A DNA stretch of 64,000 bases from Batkoa obscura (GCA_030770535.1 JASVEC010000020.1:62001-126000), one strand, 5' to 3'. Counted from the stretch's first letter, positions 40,648 to 53,696 are shown. The notes: generated by a model from the letters alone, not told the origin. Translations and numbers: made by a program.

Positions 40648-41209
40648 GAGGATGTTTTTTTGTGCTTAAGAATTTTATCAACAATCTTTTGTGGAATCTA
40701 GTACTTAGTGTTTGGAGTCAAAAACAGCTATTGCTTGGTTGACTACACTATAAGTCGAAAGACCTAAGTTTATGTGACTAAGATAGACTTGGATTATGAA
40801 GAATAGCATGTAATAGGTTACAAGCTATAAGATAAATGTAATAGACAATACTAATGTAAATCTACGTAAAATACTATCAAGTAAACTTAGTGGCTTTATT
40901 AAATGTTCGAGATATCAGGGAATAATTCAGTTAAAAAGCCTCGAACTACTATACTCTGTAAACTCTTTTATACTCTGAAAAGTACAAATATCAAAATGAG
41001 AAGATAATGTTCTTTGGGATGGAGCTAGAAATTCTCATAGCAAATCAAACTAAGAATGTAGGATTGATTTTCTCTGAACTCGAGAACACAACAGCTTAAG
41101 CGATTATCATGCTATAATTAACCATGGGACTGACAAAGCAATATTTCACACTTTCCACTCAAATAGCGCTTAAAAAATCGAAAAATAATGAAATCAAAAA
41201 AACATCACC
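40648..41209 (+). mobile_element. MITE copy split by a solo LTR
   Basis: Left half 40648-40689, right half 41151-41209; ATAT flanks. Confidence 0.85.
40690..41150 (-). mobile_element. Solo LTR-like element, copy 3, with 4-bp TSD CTTT
   Basis: CTTT-TGTGGAAT...ATTTCACA-CTTT inside a MITE. Confidence 0.85.
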
Positions 41210-41213
41210 ATAT

Positions 41214-41310
41214 GGGGCTGTTTTTTTTGGTTTCATTATTTTTCGATTTTTTAAGCACTATTTGAGTGGAAAGGTTGTAGTAAAATTCTTAAACAAAAAA
41301 ATACATCCCC
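41214..41310 (-). mobile_element. MITE copy, sharing an ATAT with the previous copy
   Basis: GGGGCTG...CATCCCC with ATAT/ATAT flanks. Confidence 0.9.
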
Positions 41311-41575
41311 ATATCTTCTATTTAATGCTTCAAAACTACTTTTCCATTTTGAAAGGTTTCCAAAATGTCCATCAACTATATTTTATCCATAATGCTCAGC
41401 AAAAAAATTAATACCAATATTTAAACTACTATTTATTTTATGGATTTCTTTAAATATATAACGTAGGAACTCTTGGGATCTAAAATAATTTCCTGTATCT
41501 GCCCATATATTAGTTTTTGTAAACTTAAATAAAAGCTCTGTAGAGGTCAAATCAATTAAACAATCTTCTGCATAT

Positions 41576-41674
41576 GGGGGTGTTTTTTTTGGCTTCATTA
41601 CTTTTTCTATCTTTTAAGCACTATTTGAGTGGAAAAGTTGTTAGCAAAATTCTTAAACACAAAAATATATCCCC
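41576..41674 (-). mobile_element. MITE copy
   Basis: ATAT/ATAT flanks; inserted at the GCATATG site of the transposase remnant. Confidence 0.9.
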
Positions 41675-43182
41675 ATATGTAATAGAAACTTTATACTGGT
41701 GTTATCAGAAAGAACTCGACATAAGCTACGATTTTTAAAAAACCCTTTTGTTATACCAGCTTTTAACAAAAATGCAATTTTTTTAAACAAATTTCTAATT
41801 GGATTTATGTAAAGTATTGAAACAATATTGTATAAACCTAATTGTGTCTCTCTTCCTTTCAATATTTTGTCCATTTTCTAAACAAATTAAATTTTATAAC
41901 ATTTAATTTAAATCCTCAATAAAAACACACAACTCTTTATTTAAATTGACAATTCCAAAAAGTATATTTTTTTTATAATATAGAATTAATAGCTATTTAT
42001 ATCTAAATAACTAATAATGTAAAAAAAATTAAGTTTGTTATTTTAGTATGAAAATATATTCAAACATAATTTAAAAAGTTAGCTATTATATTAATTTTAA
42101 AATTTAAGGCTAAGGAATAAATATAAGTTACACAAAAATTGAGTCATCTAATGTATAAATTAGATAATAAAATTTCAAAAAAATTAAAACTAAAGCTATA
42201 CAATAAATTCATAAGTTTATTTCAGCAACAATTAATATAATATATTATATTAATGTCTATATCCTATATCATAGGTTATAAACTTTAGCAGAATCCTCGG
42301 TTACTATAAAAGATAAATTAGATAATAACAAAATAATGATCATAAATATTATTTATAATATAAGGTATATTTGTTATATTTAAGAATATGCTTAAGGACT
42401 TTTGAACTTTTAGTATACTTAAAAAGTGAAAACCTTTTGATATCTTATGAAATAATTTGATTTCTATAACTTTTGTGTCATAAATACAAAAATAATACAT
42501 CTATTATATTGAAAGTAAGGTACTAAACATAGCGTATTAAATATAAATGAAATAGTATACTATATAGAACAGTAAACTTGTTTAATATGTCAAGCTCCAC
42601 AAATTGAATAGATTCTACATCTAATGATTAATAGTGTGACTAACAATGGAGGGGGTGGTGATAATTAGTTGTTCTTAAACTCTTAAATATTAAATTGGAT
42701 TTTAGCTTAGAATATTAGGTTTGAATTGGAAGTTTTAAATACTGAATTAAAAAATTGAACTTTTGTCTGTATGATAACAACCTTTTGCTCTATCTATTCT
42801 TGGAATATTGAAGCTATTAAATATTATAGCTTTCTTCAAAATCAAATAGCTCAAATAATTGTTCTTTAGCCCTATAAACTCTTATCAAAATTTACGGTAG
42901 ACTTTTAAAAATTTAGAAGGCTTTTGATTTTTTAAATTATAACTTAAATCATCTGATTAATTTTCTTCGAAAAAGAACCCACCAAATATTTTTCGTTAAT
43001 GCAATATGAGCTCGAAAATGAATGAAATATCTAAAAAAGGCAACGCATTATCCCATTTACCAGCCTCATAGAAGGTTAAAATGCTATCATGAGTTAAGTT
43101 TTTAATCAAAATAAAAGTATATAAACAAAACAAAACAATCTCAATTTCCAAATTTTATCTCTTACTATCATCCCTAATAAAA

Positions 43183-44442
43183 ATGAAACTCAGTTTAATT
43201 TCTTGTGTTGCTTTAATTGCTTTAACCCAAGCCGAAAATCTTAGCTCCCTTTTAGGTCAAAAGCTTTATAAATGTAAAGTCACTGATGTTAAATCTGGTT
43301 TTGAAGCCCAAAACATATTTGATGTACAACGCTTTAACAAGGAGGAGATGTATACCATCATCCGTTCCAGAAATAATGATGAAGAAGCCAGGATCAATGC
43401 TGCCTACTCATGTGAATTAAAAGTTAAGGATTTAGGTGATGAATCTCGTTTTGATGCTGTCAAACTTTTACATAGAAGAGACACTGAAAATGTTGACCCT
43501 TTCTTCGCTGATTATCAAAGTTATGATACTATCAAAGCTAAACTCCAAGAATGGGCTGCCAAATACTCTAACATTGCTGAATTTATTCCATCCATTGGTA
43601 AATCCATCGAAGGTAGAGATCTTTACGGCTTCAAAATTTCACGTAAAGCCTGCCCAACTCAAAAGAGAAAATCTATCTGGTTCAATGGTGGTATTCATGC
43701 TCGTGAATGGATCTCACCAGCCACTGTTATGTGGAATATTGACCAATTACTCAAGGGTTATTCCACTGATAAAGAAGTAAGAGCTATCTTCTCCAAATTT
43801 GATGTTTATTTCACTCCAGTATCCAATCCAGATGGTTATGAATATACCCGTAACGGTGATCGTTTATGGCGTAAAAATCGTCGTAATAATGGCGATGGTA
43901 ACTTTGGTGTTGATCTCAACAGAAATTTTGATGAAAAATGGGCTTTAATTGGATCTACTAATGATACCAGTGCTGAAACTTATCATGGTGTATCTGCTCT
44001 TTCTGAACCTGAAACTCAAGCTTTAGCTAAATTCGGTCTTGGTTTAAAGAATGGTTATGCTGGTATTGATTTCCACTCTTACGGTCAACTTATCCTCCGT
44101 TCCTGGGGTTTCAAAATCAATGCTACTTCTTCCAATGAAAAATACCTTAAAGAATTAGGTGACGGTATGCAAAAAGTCTATTTTGAAAAAGGTTATAATT
44201 ATACTTCTGACATTTCTGCTGGTCTTTACCCAGCTGGTGGTGCTATGGATGATTGGATGGCTGCTAAAGCTAAACTCCAAGCTTTCACCCTTGAACTTTG
44301 CCCAACCGATGATGATATCGGTTTCGTACTTCCAAAAGAACAACTCATTCCATGTGCTTCTGCTACTTATAGCGCCGTACGCTTCTTCTTCAAGTACCTT
44401 TCTGAACATTATGATCTCCCTCCAGTTGTTCCTCTCCCTTAA
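43183..44442 (+). CDS. Secreted M14A zinc carboxypeptidase (intronless), paralog of 6836-8071
   Basis: Signal peptide, GIHAREW, GVDLNRNF, HSYGQ, YPAGGAMDDW and TLEL. Confidence 0.95.
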   Translation: MKLSLISCVALIALTQAENLSSLLGQKLYKCKVTDVKSGFEAQNIFDVQRFNKEEMYTIIRSRNNDEEARINAAYSCELKVKDLGDESRFDAVKLLHRRDTENVDPFFADYQSYDTIKAKLQEWAAKYSNIAEFIPSIGKSIEGRDLYGFKISRKACPTQKRKSIWFNGGIHAREWISPATVMWNIDQLLKGYSTDKEVRAIFSKFDVYFTPVSNPDGYEYTRNGDRLWRKNRRNNGDGNFGVDLNRNFDEKWALIGSTNDTSAETYHGVSALSEPETQALAKFGLGLKNGYAGIDFHSYGQLILRSWGFKINATSSNEKYLKELGDGMQKVYFEKGYNYTSDISAGLYPAGGAMDDWMAAKAKLQAFTLELCPTDDDIGFVLPKEQLIPCASATYSAVRFFFKYLSEHYDLPPVVPLP

Positions 44443-45099
44443 ATTTTGTATAAAATTAATTTAATAAACTAATTTGCAGGTTTATAATCAAATTATAATA
44501 TAATATAATGAGGTTCTTTCTGTTCATTTCTACTATAAGTAAACAGTAAGTGGAGAAATATATGTATGCTTTTTATTATGGGGATCATAAATAAAAGTTA
44601 TGATAATGTGTTTAAAACAATAACAGCTTTACTCGAATACCTAAAATCGAGTTTGAAATTATTTTTTTGCCTCAATACTTTTCTTAGATTACATTCCACA
44701 GCAAATGATAAATAGGAAGGCAGATAATAAACTAGAAAGGATGGAGCCAAAAGGGAATTCTAGTATTAAAGCAATTTTTATTTATATCTAGCTTTTGTTA
44801 CAGGTATCTATCGTTTCAATTTCAAAGCTTGACAATATAGCATATAAGAAAAAATAACCACAGTCAGTAGTTGGTATTATAATATTATACCCTAAATTAA
44901 ACATTCATGTTAGTTAAGTACCCCATTTTTTATTAAATGCATTTGGAGTAATGGGTAACGTTGAGTGATATCAACCCATTGCTTTGATGATTATTAATAC
45001 TGGGATTTTTTTTAATAATCATTTGTATGATATAAAATAAGAAACAATATTAAAAGTTTAAAGCATTTATCAAGTAAAATGTTTTGGAGTTAGTTAAAA

Positions 45100-45171
45100 G
45101 GGCTCAGCTGGGAATTGAACCCAGGGCCTCTCGCACCCAAAGCGAGAATCATACCACTAGACCACTAAGCC
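45100..45171 (-). tRNA. tRNA-Pro(TGG)
   Basis: GGCTTAGTGGTCTAGTGGTATGATTCTCGCTTTGGGTGCGAGAGGCCCTGGGTTCAATTCCCAGCTGAGCCC folds as a cloverleaf; a T-run follows. Confidence 0.95.
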
Positions 45172-45632
45172 GTTTAACTATGGTTTCGAATAAATTAATT
45201 AATTTTAACGTTTATTTCAAAAAAATAATTTCCATAAACTAAACTATACAAATTTGATTGTTACTTTGTCTGAAGTGAATTTTTGTAAAAGAAATCAATA
45301 AAAAATTAAAAACATTCAAGAATGTTTAAATCTAAGTAACTTTATTCAATTTAGTTAAAAAAATAGAATTTTTAAAAATATCAATAAATAAAACTAAAGA
45401 ATAAATGATGTTAAAATTTAAAATCAATTTCAACTTTTCAAACTAAATTCCTCTGAAATTATTTTTTGCTTTAAAGCCTCGAAATTTTCACCCGAATCAG
45501 AACCAATTAAAATATCCATTTTTGTTCCACCAATCAACTCTTCCTTTTTTTCATTGACGTAAAAATAACATCCATTCAACTTCAATCTTATTTTCAATTT
45601 CAATTGCATTTGATTTTTACAACTTAAAAAAG

Positions 45633-47437
45633 ATGACTTTTCATACAACCAATTGTTTATCTTGGGATTTTTCCCTTTACCTTGTAACTCATCGAACTTC
45701 TGAGAATTTCCCCAACACATCAAAAGGTATATCCAACTTCCTCACTCATTTAGAACGTTGTTTTCAAGGTGGTGTAACCATCTTACAATTAAGAGAAAAA
45801 GAGCTATCTGATGGTGATTTCCTTAATTTAGCTTATAAAGTCAAAAAGTTGTGTCAGATTTATGGGGTGAGATTTGTGATCAATGACAATATTAAAGTAG
45901 CGATAGAAGTTGATGCGGATGGTATTCATATTGGACAAGAAGACATGGAATTGAGAGAAGCGTTGGAATTGACAGGAAGTAAAATACCTATTGGTGTATC
46001 AGTCAAGGATGTTAGAGAAGCAAATAAAGCAATTCAAGATGGTGCGAGTTATTTAGGTATTGGACCTGTTTATCCAACGAATACAAAAAAATTAAATAAA
46101 GAAATTATTGGGATTGACGGTGTGAAACAAATTTTAAACGTTATTGATACTCGAATTCCTGTGGTGGCTATCAGTGGTATTAATGAAAATAATATCAATG
46201 AATTGATGGAAAAGGCAATTGGTGATAATCAAAGAAGATTAGATGGTGTTGCTATGGTATCAGCTATTATGGACTCAAAAACGCCCATAAAAACATGTGA
46301 CTATTACAAACATGTTTTAAGAGAATATAATAATCAATCATACAGGGAATTTGAAGAGATAGAACAAGTCATAAAGCTAATAGAAAAAACAATTGAAAGT
46401 CGACCAATTATTCATCAATTGACTAATATGGTAGCTATTAATGATTCAGCTAATGTTACCTTAGCAATTGGGGCAAGTCCCATTATGGCGCCTGATACTA
46501 AAGAAACGGATGATTTAATTAAATTTTCAAAGGCATTATTGATTAACATGGGTACTTTAAAAAAAGAGATGATTAATGAGTATATTCTTCATGGTAAATT
46601 AATATCAATATTAAATATACAATAATTTGTTAATTTACCAATACTTTCTATAATTATAGGAAAAGTGTATAATAATGCCAATTTACCAGTTATTTTAGAT
46701 CCAGTAGGTGTTGGTGCTAGTCAATTAAGAAGAGAATGTATTGATAATATATTAAACGAAGTTAAGATATCCGTCATTAAAGGTAATTCTAATGAAATAG
46801 CTACTTTGGCAGGAGAAAGCATGAAAAGTGAAGGTGTTGATTCTAGTTGTAAAATTAATGATTCGATGGAAATTGCTGAAAAATTGGCAATAAAATATAG
46901 TAAGTTTTAAATTATATTTATGTAAAGAGTAAGGGTTAGTAATATTTATTTTATTATTATAATTAGATTGTACAGTTATTATGACGGGTGAAATTGATTA
47001 TATTACTAATGGTAAATTGAGATTTTCAGTTCATAATGGTCATCATTTAATGGAAAAAATCACTGCTACTGGATGTATGTTAGGTGCTATTATTGCCTCT
47101 TATGTAGCTGGTAAGAACAACTTGTTACCATTATCATTATATTAGTAATATTTATTATTATTATTAGTTGAGCCCGATAATCCAATTATAGGAGTATTAA
47201 CTGGGTAAGTTAATTTAAGATTAATATTATATTAGTTTATAACTTTATCAATTTATAATTGTATTTATTATTATTACTAGTACTATTGTATTTACATTAG
47301 CTGGCGAATTAGCATCTAAATTATCCAATGGTCCTGGTACATTTAAATATCAATTATTGGACCAATTACATCATTTGACTCATTATCCAACTTATCAATC
47401 AATAATCAAATCACGTATCAAAGTAATTAAATACTAA
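45633..47437 (+). CDS. THI6: Bifunctional thiamine-phosphate synthase / hydroxyethylthiazole kinase (multi-exon)
   Basis: LYLVT, QLREK, INDN, GIHIGQED and PTNTK, followed by HQLTN.V, GASPIMA, LDPVGVGA, IKGN..EI, TATGCMLG and GPGTF. Confidence 0.93.
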
Positions 47438-47536
47438 ATAAAAAATACAAATAATATATAATATAATATATAACATATAATATATAATATATAATATAGT
47501 GTTTATTTATAACATAATAATATAATAATATGTTTA

Positions 47537-49408
47537 TTAATTATTAGTGTGGATATAATATTTACCTAATAATTGAGGAGCTAAATCATAACGATATTGA
47601 CCTAACTTATCGATTATTTGAATCAAATCATAATTAATAGTTTCATTTAATTTAGAGTCAAATTTATAATCTGGATGATTGAATATCAACTGTCTTATAA
47701 AAGAAGCACCTGTTAATAATTTGCCACTAGCACGGTCTGAGATAAAATTAAGATAAGCTTGTAATTTGATATTTAAATTCAAATCTATGTTTTCTTCTAA
47801 CAAATATCGATTTATTAATGGTATAAACCCCTCAATTAAATTGTTGCTATCTCCATTTATAAGTTGATTAATTGTAAATTTATTTATTTGATTATATTTA
47901 TTATTAAATAAAAAATATTGCTGATTAATTGCATTTATTTTATTAGAATTAATAATGTTTTGATCTACCTTAGATATTGGTATATAATAATTAGGCTTAT
48001 ATTTTAATATTGCTTTAACTAATAAATTTAAAAATATTGAATATGCTGCATTTTCAAAATCAGTCATTTGTACTTCCATTGGACGAAACTCTACTCTCCA
48101 ACCAATGTCGTTACTAGATGTAGGTGGTTTAAATCGAACAGTTTGCCAAACAGTTGAATAAATAGAATCAAAATAATTTAATTCATTTTTATTATAAAAA
48201 TTTAATTGATCTTTAAAAATAATCATTGGGTCATAGCTAAATATATTAGATAAATGGCATTTTAAATTCCTATTTATATCACTTTGATTTAATAAATTTA
48301 TAGTATTATTATTTAATTTGACTTTGATATCATTAAATCTTTCTATCTCTGGTTCTTGAGATAAATAATAACTACAGCCATCATATCTTGATTTCTGACA
48401 TTCTAACTTATCCATTTCGTTCCTACCATCATTAGTATATTTTAACACTTCGTATCTAGTATCTAAACTACTTAAATATCCTTTCATAACTGGAGTATTA
48501 GCAGATAAAGCTAACATAATAGGAGCAATAGGAATTAAACAATCATATAGAAAACAAGCTTCATTAAAATTAGGACATTGAAACGTAGTTTGTAAACAAC
48601 AACAAGCTGCTCCAAATCCAGAAGAATCAAAATTTATTTTGTTACTACTATTATTGTTATTATTATCATTATCATTGTTATATAATAAACTTTTATCTGT
48701 ATAAATATCTTTATAGATAGGTATATTAAATGTTGTTTGATTGTTACAGCGTAATCTTAAATTTCTTGACATACATTGATATCTTGGATGAGGATAAATA
48801 ACTTCATCTGATAAACTGTTGCTTTTTAAAAAAAGATTTTCTTCACAATTATACTTTTGATCAAACATTTTACATTCATTATTACCCAAATTAAAAAATA
48901 AGGGTAAAGTAATAACACTCTGCTGTTGATTTAATAACTCTAAAATCAATTTACGACGTATTTTCATATTACTTTCAACTTGTAATAAACCATAAAGAGT
49001 AAAATTATATGGTTTCCCAGGAGTACCTTCAATTTGAAATTTACCAAATTCAGAACGCCAACAAGCAGAAAACTCACTACAATTATACATATATATTTGA
49101 TTAGTTCTTATCGTTTTATTATAATTATTAAGTTCTTACCTTCCCTCTTTTAATCCTATTTCTTCTTCCTTTTGTAACTTTGGTATAATTTGATCTGTAA
49201 TTGTAGCTAAGTAAACTATTTTCTTTTCATGATTATATTCAATTGTTAAATATTCAATTTCATCCCCCCAAAGCAAAGGATCATCAGAGCGTAGCTTATT
49301 ATTTTTATAAATTGACAAGAATTGAGAAATACCACGAGACTTGACGATAGAAATATAAGGTTGACTATCTTCCCAAGAAAGCGGAGTACCAAGAGTTAAA
49401 AGACCCAT
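47537..49408 (-). CDS. GSH1: Glutamate-cysteine ligase catalytic subunit family protein (divergent), one intron
   Basis: MGLLTLGTPLSW, WGDEIEY, EGTPGKPY, CCCLQ, KSRYD, WQTVRFKPP and GWRVEFRPMEVQ.TDFENAAY. Confidence 0.88.
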
Positions 49409-50565
49409 TGAATAAGAAGAAATTAAAATTGATGGCTTTGTTGCTGAATAAATAAGATAATTAATGAGGGTATTTATATGAAAATTTATTGCTACTGAAA
49501 TTATGCACTTTGAGTTTTTTTTATGGTTGATAAGTTGGATTAAACTGAAACGTGATCTATTACATACTCCTAATATCAAGTAATTCCCAGTTATTTACCA
49601 CTCTTTTAAAATTAAACTGCTAATAAACAGCTTAAATAAATTGGACTAATATAGCTACAATAACTCTATTCTGTCTAAAGTAGTTGCTTATTTAAGAATA
49701 AAATTTTGATAAAATCATACTAAAAAGCAATGCTATGTTTAAAAAAGCAAAAAAGCAACTAGTTGCCTCCAAAAGTCGTCGCAAATCAAGTTGAAATTGA
49801 GTTATAGTAGTTGTAAAATTCAATTAGAATTTAGAATGAATTTTATAATTTAAGACTGCATTGCATAAATGGAACTAACTTCAATAGTTTACTAAAATTA
49901 GTAGGTTTTCGTTAATCTAGTAATAAGGAAAAATAGCTGATGAAGATGACTGTCAAGAGAGATGGTGTCACTTTAATTTATTAAGATGAAATTGTAGAGC
50001 TGAATCGTTTACGTTGATATACTGATATGAATTCAATACCTCTTTTTGCTTAAGTTGATTTTTAAAAACCAAAAATTATCTGGTTAATTTATAGCCTATA
50101 ATCTGTCTTAATAGTCTTAATAAAAATTCAATTACATATATTTTTAATTTTTAGTAATCTCATTTAGTCTGTTATTACTATTAAAAATAATATGATGATC
50201 CAAATGATTAAACTTGAAAGTCATCATGGCTTTTTTATATTTGCAATTTGTTATTTTTAAAAAATTATTTAATAAAATTTAAATATTAAATAGAACATTT
50301 TTAATTATATATCTGAAATTCTATTAAACCAATTAAATATCAACTCTCAAACTTAATCATTTTTTAAAATTCTTTAAGATAACTATTCTTTATCATAGCT
50401 ATTGCTTTATTATGTTATTTAATGATAATAAATAATATAAAGTTGAAATTTTTTATTTTAATATTAATTAATAAATAACTATAATAAAACAAACTAAATT
50501 TCTAGTATCTAAAGTTGTTTTCTGTATTTTATATTTTATATTTTTTATATTTTTAATAAAAATTT

Positions 50566-50664
50566 GAGAATGTATTTTTGTATTCAAGAATTTTACTAAC
50601 AATTTTTCCACTCAAATAGTGCTTAAAAGATAGAAAAAATGCTGAAGCTAAGAAAAACATCCCC
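50566..50664 (+). mobile_element. MITE copy
   Basis: ATTT/ATTT flanks. Confidence 0.85.
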
Positions 50665-50831
50665 ATTTACTAGTTTTAGAACATTTCAGTCTTGTTATTA
50701 TTTTTATTATAAACATTTATACTATTGAGTTTTTTATCACTGAGGTCTTGATATTACTATTCATAGTTTATAATATCGTTTATCCAGATAATAATATTTA
50801 TTATTAAAACTCTCTGGTATTATGTTTTGAT

Positions 50832-50930
50832 AGGGATGTTTCTTTTGTTTTCATCACTTTTTTCATTTTCCAAGTGGTATTTGAGTGGAAAAGCCGTTAA
50901 TAAAGTTCTTAAATAAAAAAATACATCCCC
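50832..50930 (-). mobile_element. MITE copy
   Basis: Family match, ending in CATCCCC+ATAT. Confidence 0.8.
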
Positions 50931-51579
50931 ATATAATATTATACTAATCAATAAGTAATTAGCTGAATATTATAAATTTCTTCTGTAAAAGCACCTCGAG
51001 GCAATACAAAAGTGTTACCTTTCGATTATAATAAAAACGACTAAAAATCAAAAAACATAAAGTTTTGAATGCCTTGTTTTAAGCTCACTTTATATTTTAT
51101 ATAACAAGTTTTAAAAACATGAGATTATTTAATAAAAGTTTAATGAAGTTGTCTGATATTAAATACCAGTATCTGGTTTTACAACTTTTTATCTATTAAA
51201 TAGTTATTTTTATTTGAAGCTGTCAAACTTCAAATATAAATAAATTAAATCTTAACTTTATTTTTAATTTACTCAAATAAATCATTTATTTATATAAATT
51301 CAGAATTTTTAAAAAAAATCAAATTAGAGTTACACAATTTGCTATTATAGCAATAATATTACTAACAGGCTAATTTGTTAAATAGTAAAAGTTGAAATGG
51401 TTACTATTTATAATGAGATATTAGTTTTATTTATAGAAGGCATTTCTAGTTAATTATTATACTAGGTTGTTTTAAACCTAAAGCTCAAATTTTTTCAGAT
51501 TTTGATTCCTTGTAAAATGTACAAATTAAGTGTAAATATATGAGAAGTAACTAATTTTTCAATTTTCAATTGGTCATAT

Positions 51580-51676
51580 GGGGCTGTTTTTTTTAGTTTC
51601 ATTATTTTTCCATTTTTTAAGCGCTATTTATGTGGAAAATTGTCAGTAAAATTCTTAAATACAAAAATACATCCCC
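51580..51676 (-). mobile_element. MITE copy (young)
   Basis: ATAT/ATAT flanks. Confidence 0.9.
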
Positions 51677-52469
51677 ATATGGTAATGCCTTTTATACTAT
51701 ACTGTTTAACTAGTAAACTGTTTAGATTTTATATTGCATAAGAAATGGACAAAGTAATGGAACAAAGTAGGTAGTAATTATATAGATTTTATAAAGCCAA
51801 ATTTGAATAAAATTGAAAATTAAATTATGATTTTAACTGAGTCATTGAAATTGCTCAAGTGTATGGCTGTTGTAGCTCTTTTATAAAGTAATAAATTGTT
51901 TATTTTGAAATAAAACTTAGTTCAAAGTTCGACTATATATCCCAACCAGAGTCAAAAAGGCTAATTTGCAACTTATTTAGTGTAAATATTATTGCTAATT
52001 ACTTTGCAATAGAGCTGTAATAAAAATAATGACAATATTAAAGAGAGGTAAAAATTAATAAAATATAAATTAAAACAATTTGATTTATAAATACGCATGA
52101 TAATGAATAGACATTATATTTTGATGAAAAAATGGTACTTTCAACTACTATTAAGGGACTTTGGATTTTATTCATAAAAACAAATGCGAGTTATATTATT
52201 GATACCGTTAATTTAACAATTGGAGGTTAAAAAAGTAATAATATAATTGAAACATTTAATTTATTGACTAAGTCAAAGAAACTAAATAGCAATATCACTG
52301 CTAACTAAAGAATACATATCAATGGTGGAGTTTTGGTTATACAAAGGAGAGGATAGTTATTAGTTTTTAAAAATAGTCCTGTATGTTTTTAGTTCAAAAC
52401 ACAACTATATAAATAATCAGTTTGCTACACATGATTTAATATATTTTTACTCAATTTAATACCAACCTA

Positions 52470-53696
52470 ATGCTGAAGCTAGTCTTGTTTATTTCTTTAT
52501 TACTACTTACCATTGTTGAATCTCAACAATGTAGTCAATTAACACGTCGTCCTGAAATTCGAGAATTGAGTAAAGCTCAGTTAGATAAATTTTTATATGC
52601 TTTAGCTACTTTAAGAAATTATGGTGGGTATGATTTATATGCTGAAAGTTCTGATATTCATTTAGAAAATTCAGATTATGCTCATGGTGTACCTGCTTTT
52701 TTACCATGGCATCGAGTTTATTTACGTAAGTTTGAACTTGTGTTACAGAAAATAGATCCAACAGTGGTATTGCCTTATTGGGATTGGTCTATAGATGCTG
52801 AGAACCCTGCTGATTCCATTGTTTTTCAGATTTTTGGTGGTAATGGCCAAGGTGAAGATAAATGTGTTTTAGATGGCCCATTTACTGATATAATGATGCA
52901 AGTTCCAAATATACATTGTTTAAGAAGGGACTTTGATGAAGGAAATGAGATTTCACCTTTTGTATCTAGAGAGGCACTGGAATTAATATTAAGTAGAAGT
53001 AAAACATTTGATCAATTTCGTCAACAAATTGAAGGTGCTCCTCATGGTGCAGTTCATATGAATATTGGTGGAGATAAAGGGGATTTTAGTACTATGTATT
53101 CTTCAAATGATCCTATCTTTTATTTACATCATGCCTTTATTGATTTGTTATGGTTTGAATGGCAAGAACGTAATCCAAGAGTATCAAACACTTATAATGG
53201 TAAAATAGATGGTAAAAATGTCAATTCAAATGATAAATTAATGCCATATAATATACGAGTATCACAAACATTAAATACAAGGGCAAATGGTTTTTGCTAC
53301 TACTATAATCGATTTTCATCATATAAAAAAAATACGATAAATCTAATCGCTTCTGAAGTTAATAAGAATAAGAATAAGCATAAGCATAGAGAAAATAGTA
53401 GAATGATGAATGTGAGTACAAGTAATAATGATGGAAGTATTTTAAGTAGTGAAGTTGCAGTTCCTGCCAATTCTAACACTACTGCCTTAAGAAATAAGAT
53501 TCAAAGAGCCGTGAATACACCAATGGGTATACATAATGTTAACTCTTTCCTTCGTTCTGAAACTAAAAAGGTAGCTACTGCTAAGCCATTATCTGAAAAA
53601 TTCATTAAAATGAATCATCTAGACATTAACTTTATTCGTCAACAAGAAAAAGATATTGGGCAAGTTATTAATGTATTAAACCTTGTTGGAAATTAA
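52470..53696 (+). CDS. Secreted tyrosinase/catechol oxidase, copy 3
   Basis: Signal peptide and CuA/CuB motifs. Confidence 0.95.
   Translation: MLKLVLFISLLLLTIVESQQCSQLTRRPEIRELSKAQLDKFLYALATLRNYGGYDLYAESSDIHLENSDYAHGVPAFLPWHRVYLRKFELVLQKIDPTVVLPYWDWSIDAENPADSIVFQIFGGNGQGEDKCVLDGPFTDIMMQVPNIHCLRRDFDEGNEISPFVSREALELILSRSKTFDQFRQQIEGAPHGAVHMNIGGDKGDFSTMYSSNDPIFYLHHAFIDLLWFEWQERNPRVSNTYNGKIDGKNVNSNDKLMPYNIRVSQTLNTRANGFCYYYNRFSSYKKNTINLIASEVNKNKNKHKHRENSRMMNVSTSNNDGSILSSEVAVPANSNTTALRNKIQRAVNTPMGIHNVNSFLRSETKKVATAKPLSEKFIKMNHLDINFIRQQEKDIGQVINVLNLVGN

Larger units (their letters stand above)
39910..41575 (-). mobile_element. Decayed second copy of the Sola-like element, interrupted by nested insertions
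   Basis: 39910-40647 and 41311-41575 align to ~32504-33507; frameshifted transposase fragments. Confidence 0.85.

Noticed and set aside
41653..41874. 73 aa ORF next to the transposon remnant
   Set aside because: Not homologous to the transposase N-terminus, runs into a MITE, and cannot be assigned.
45172..45633. TPP riboswitch upstream of THI6
   Set aside because: No recognisable aptamer core seen. Fungal TPP switches are typically in THI4, NMT1 or transporter genes.
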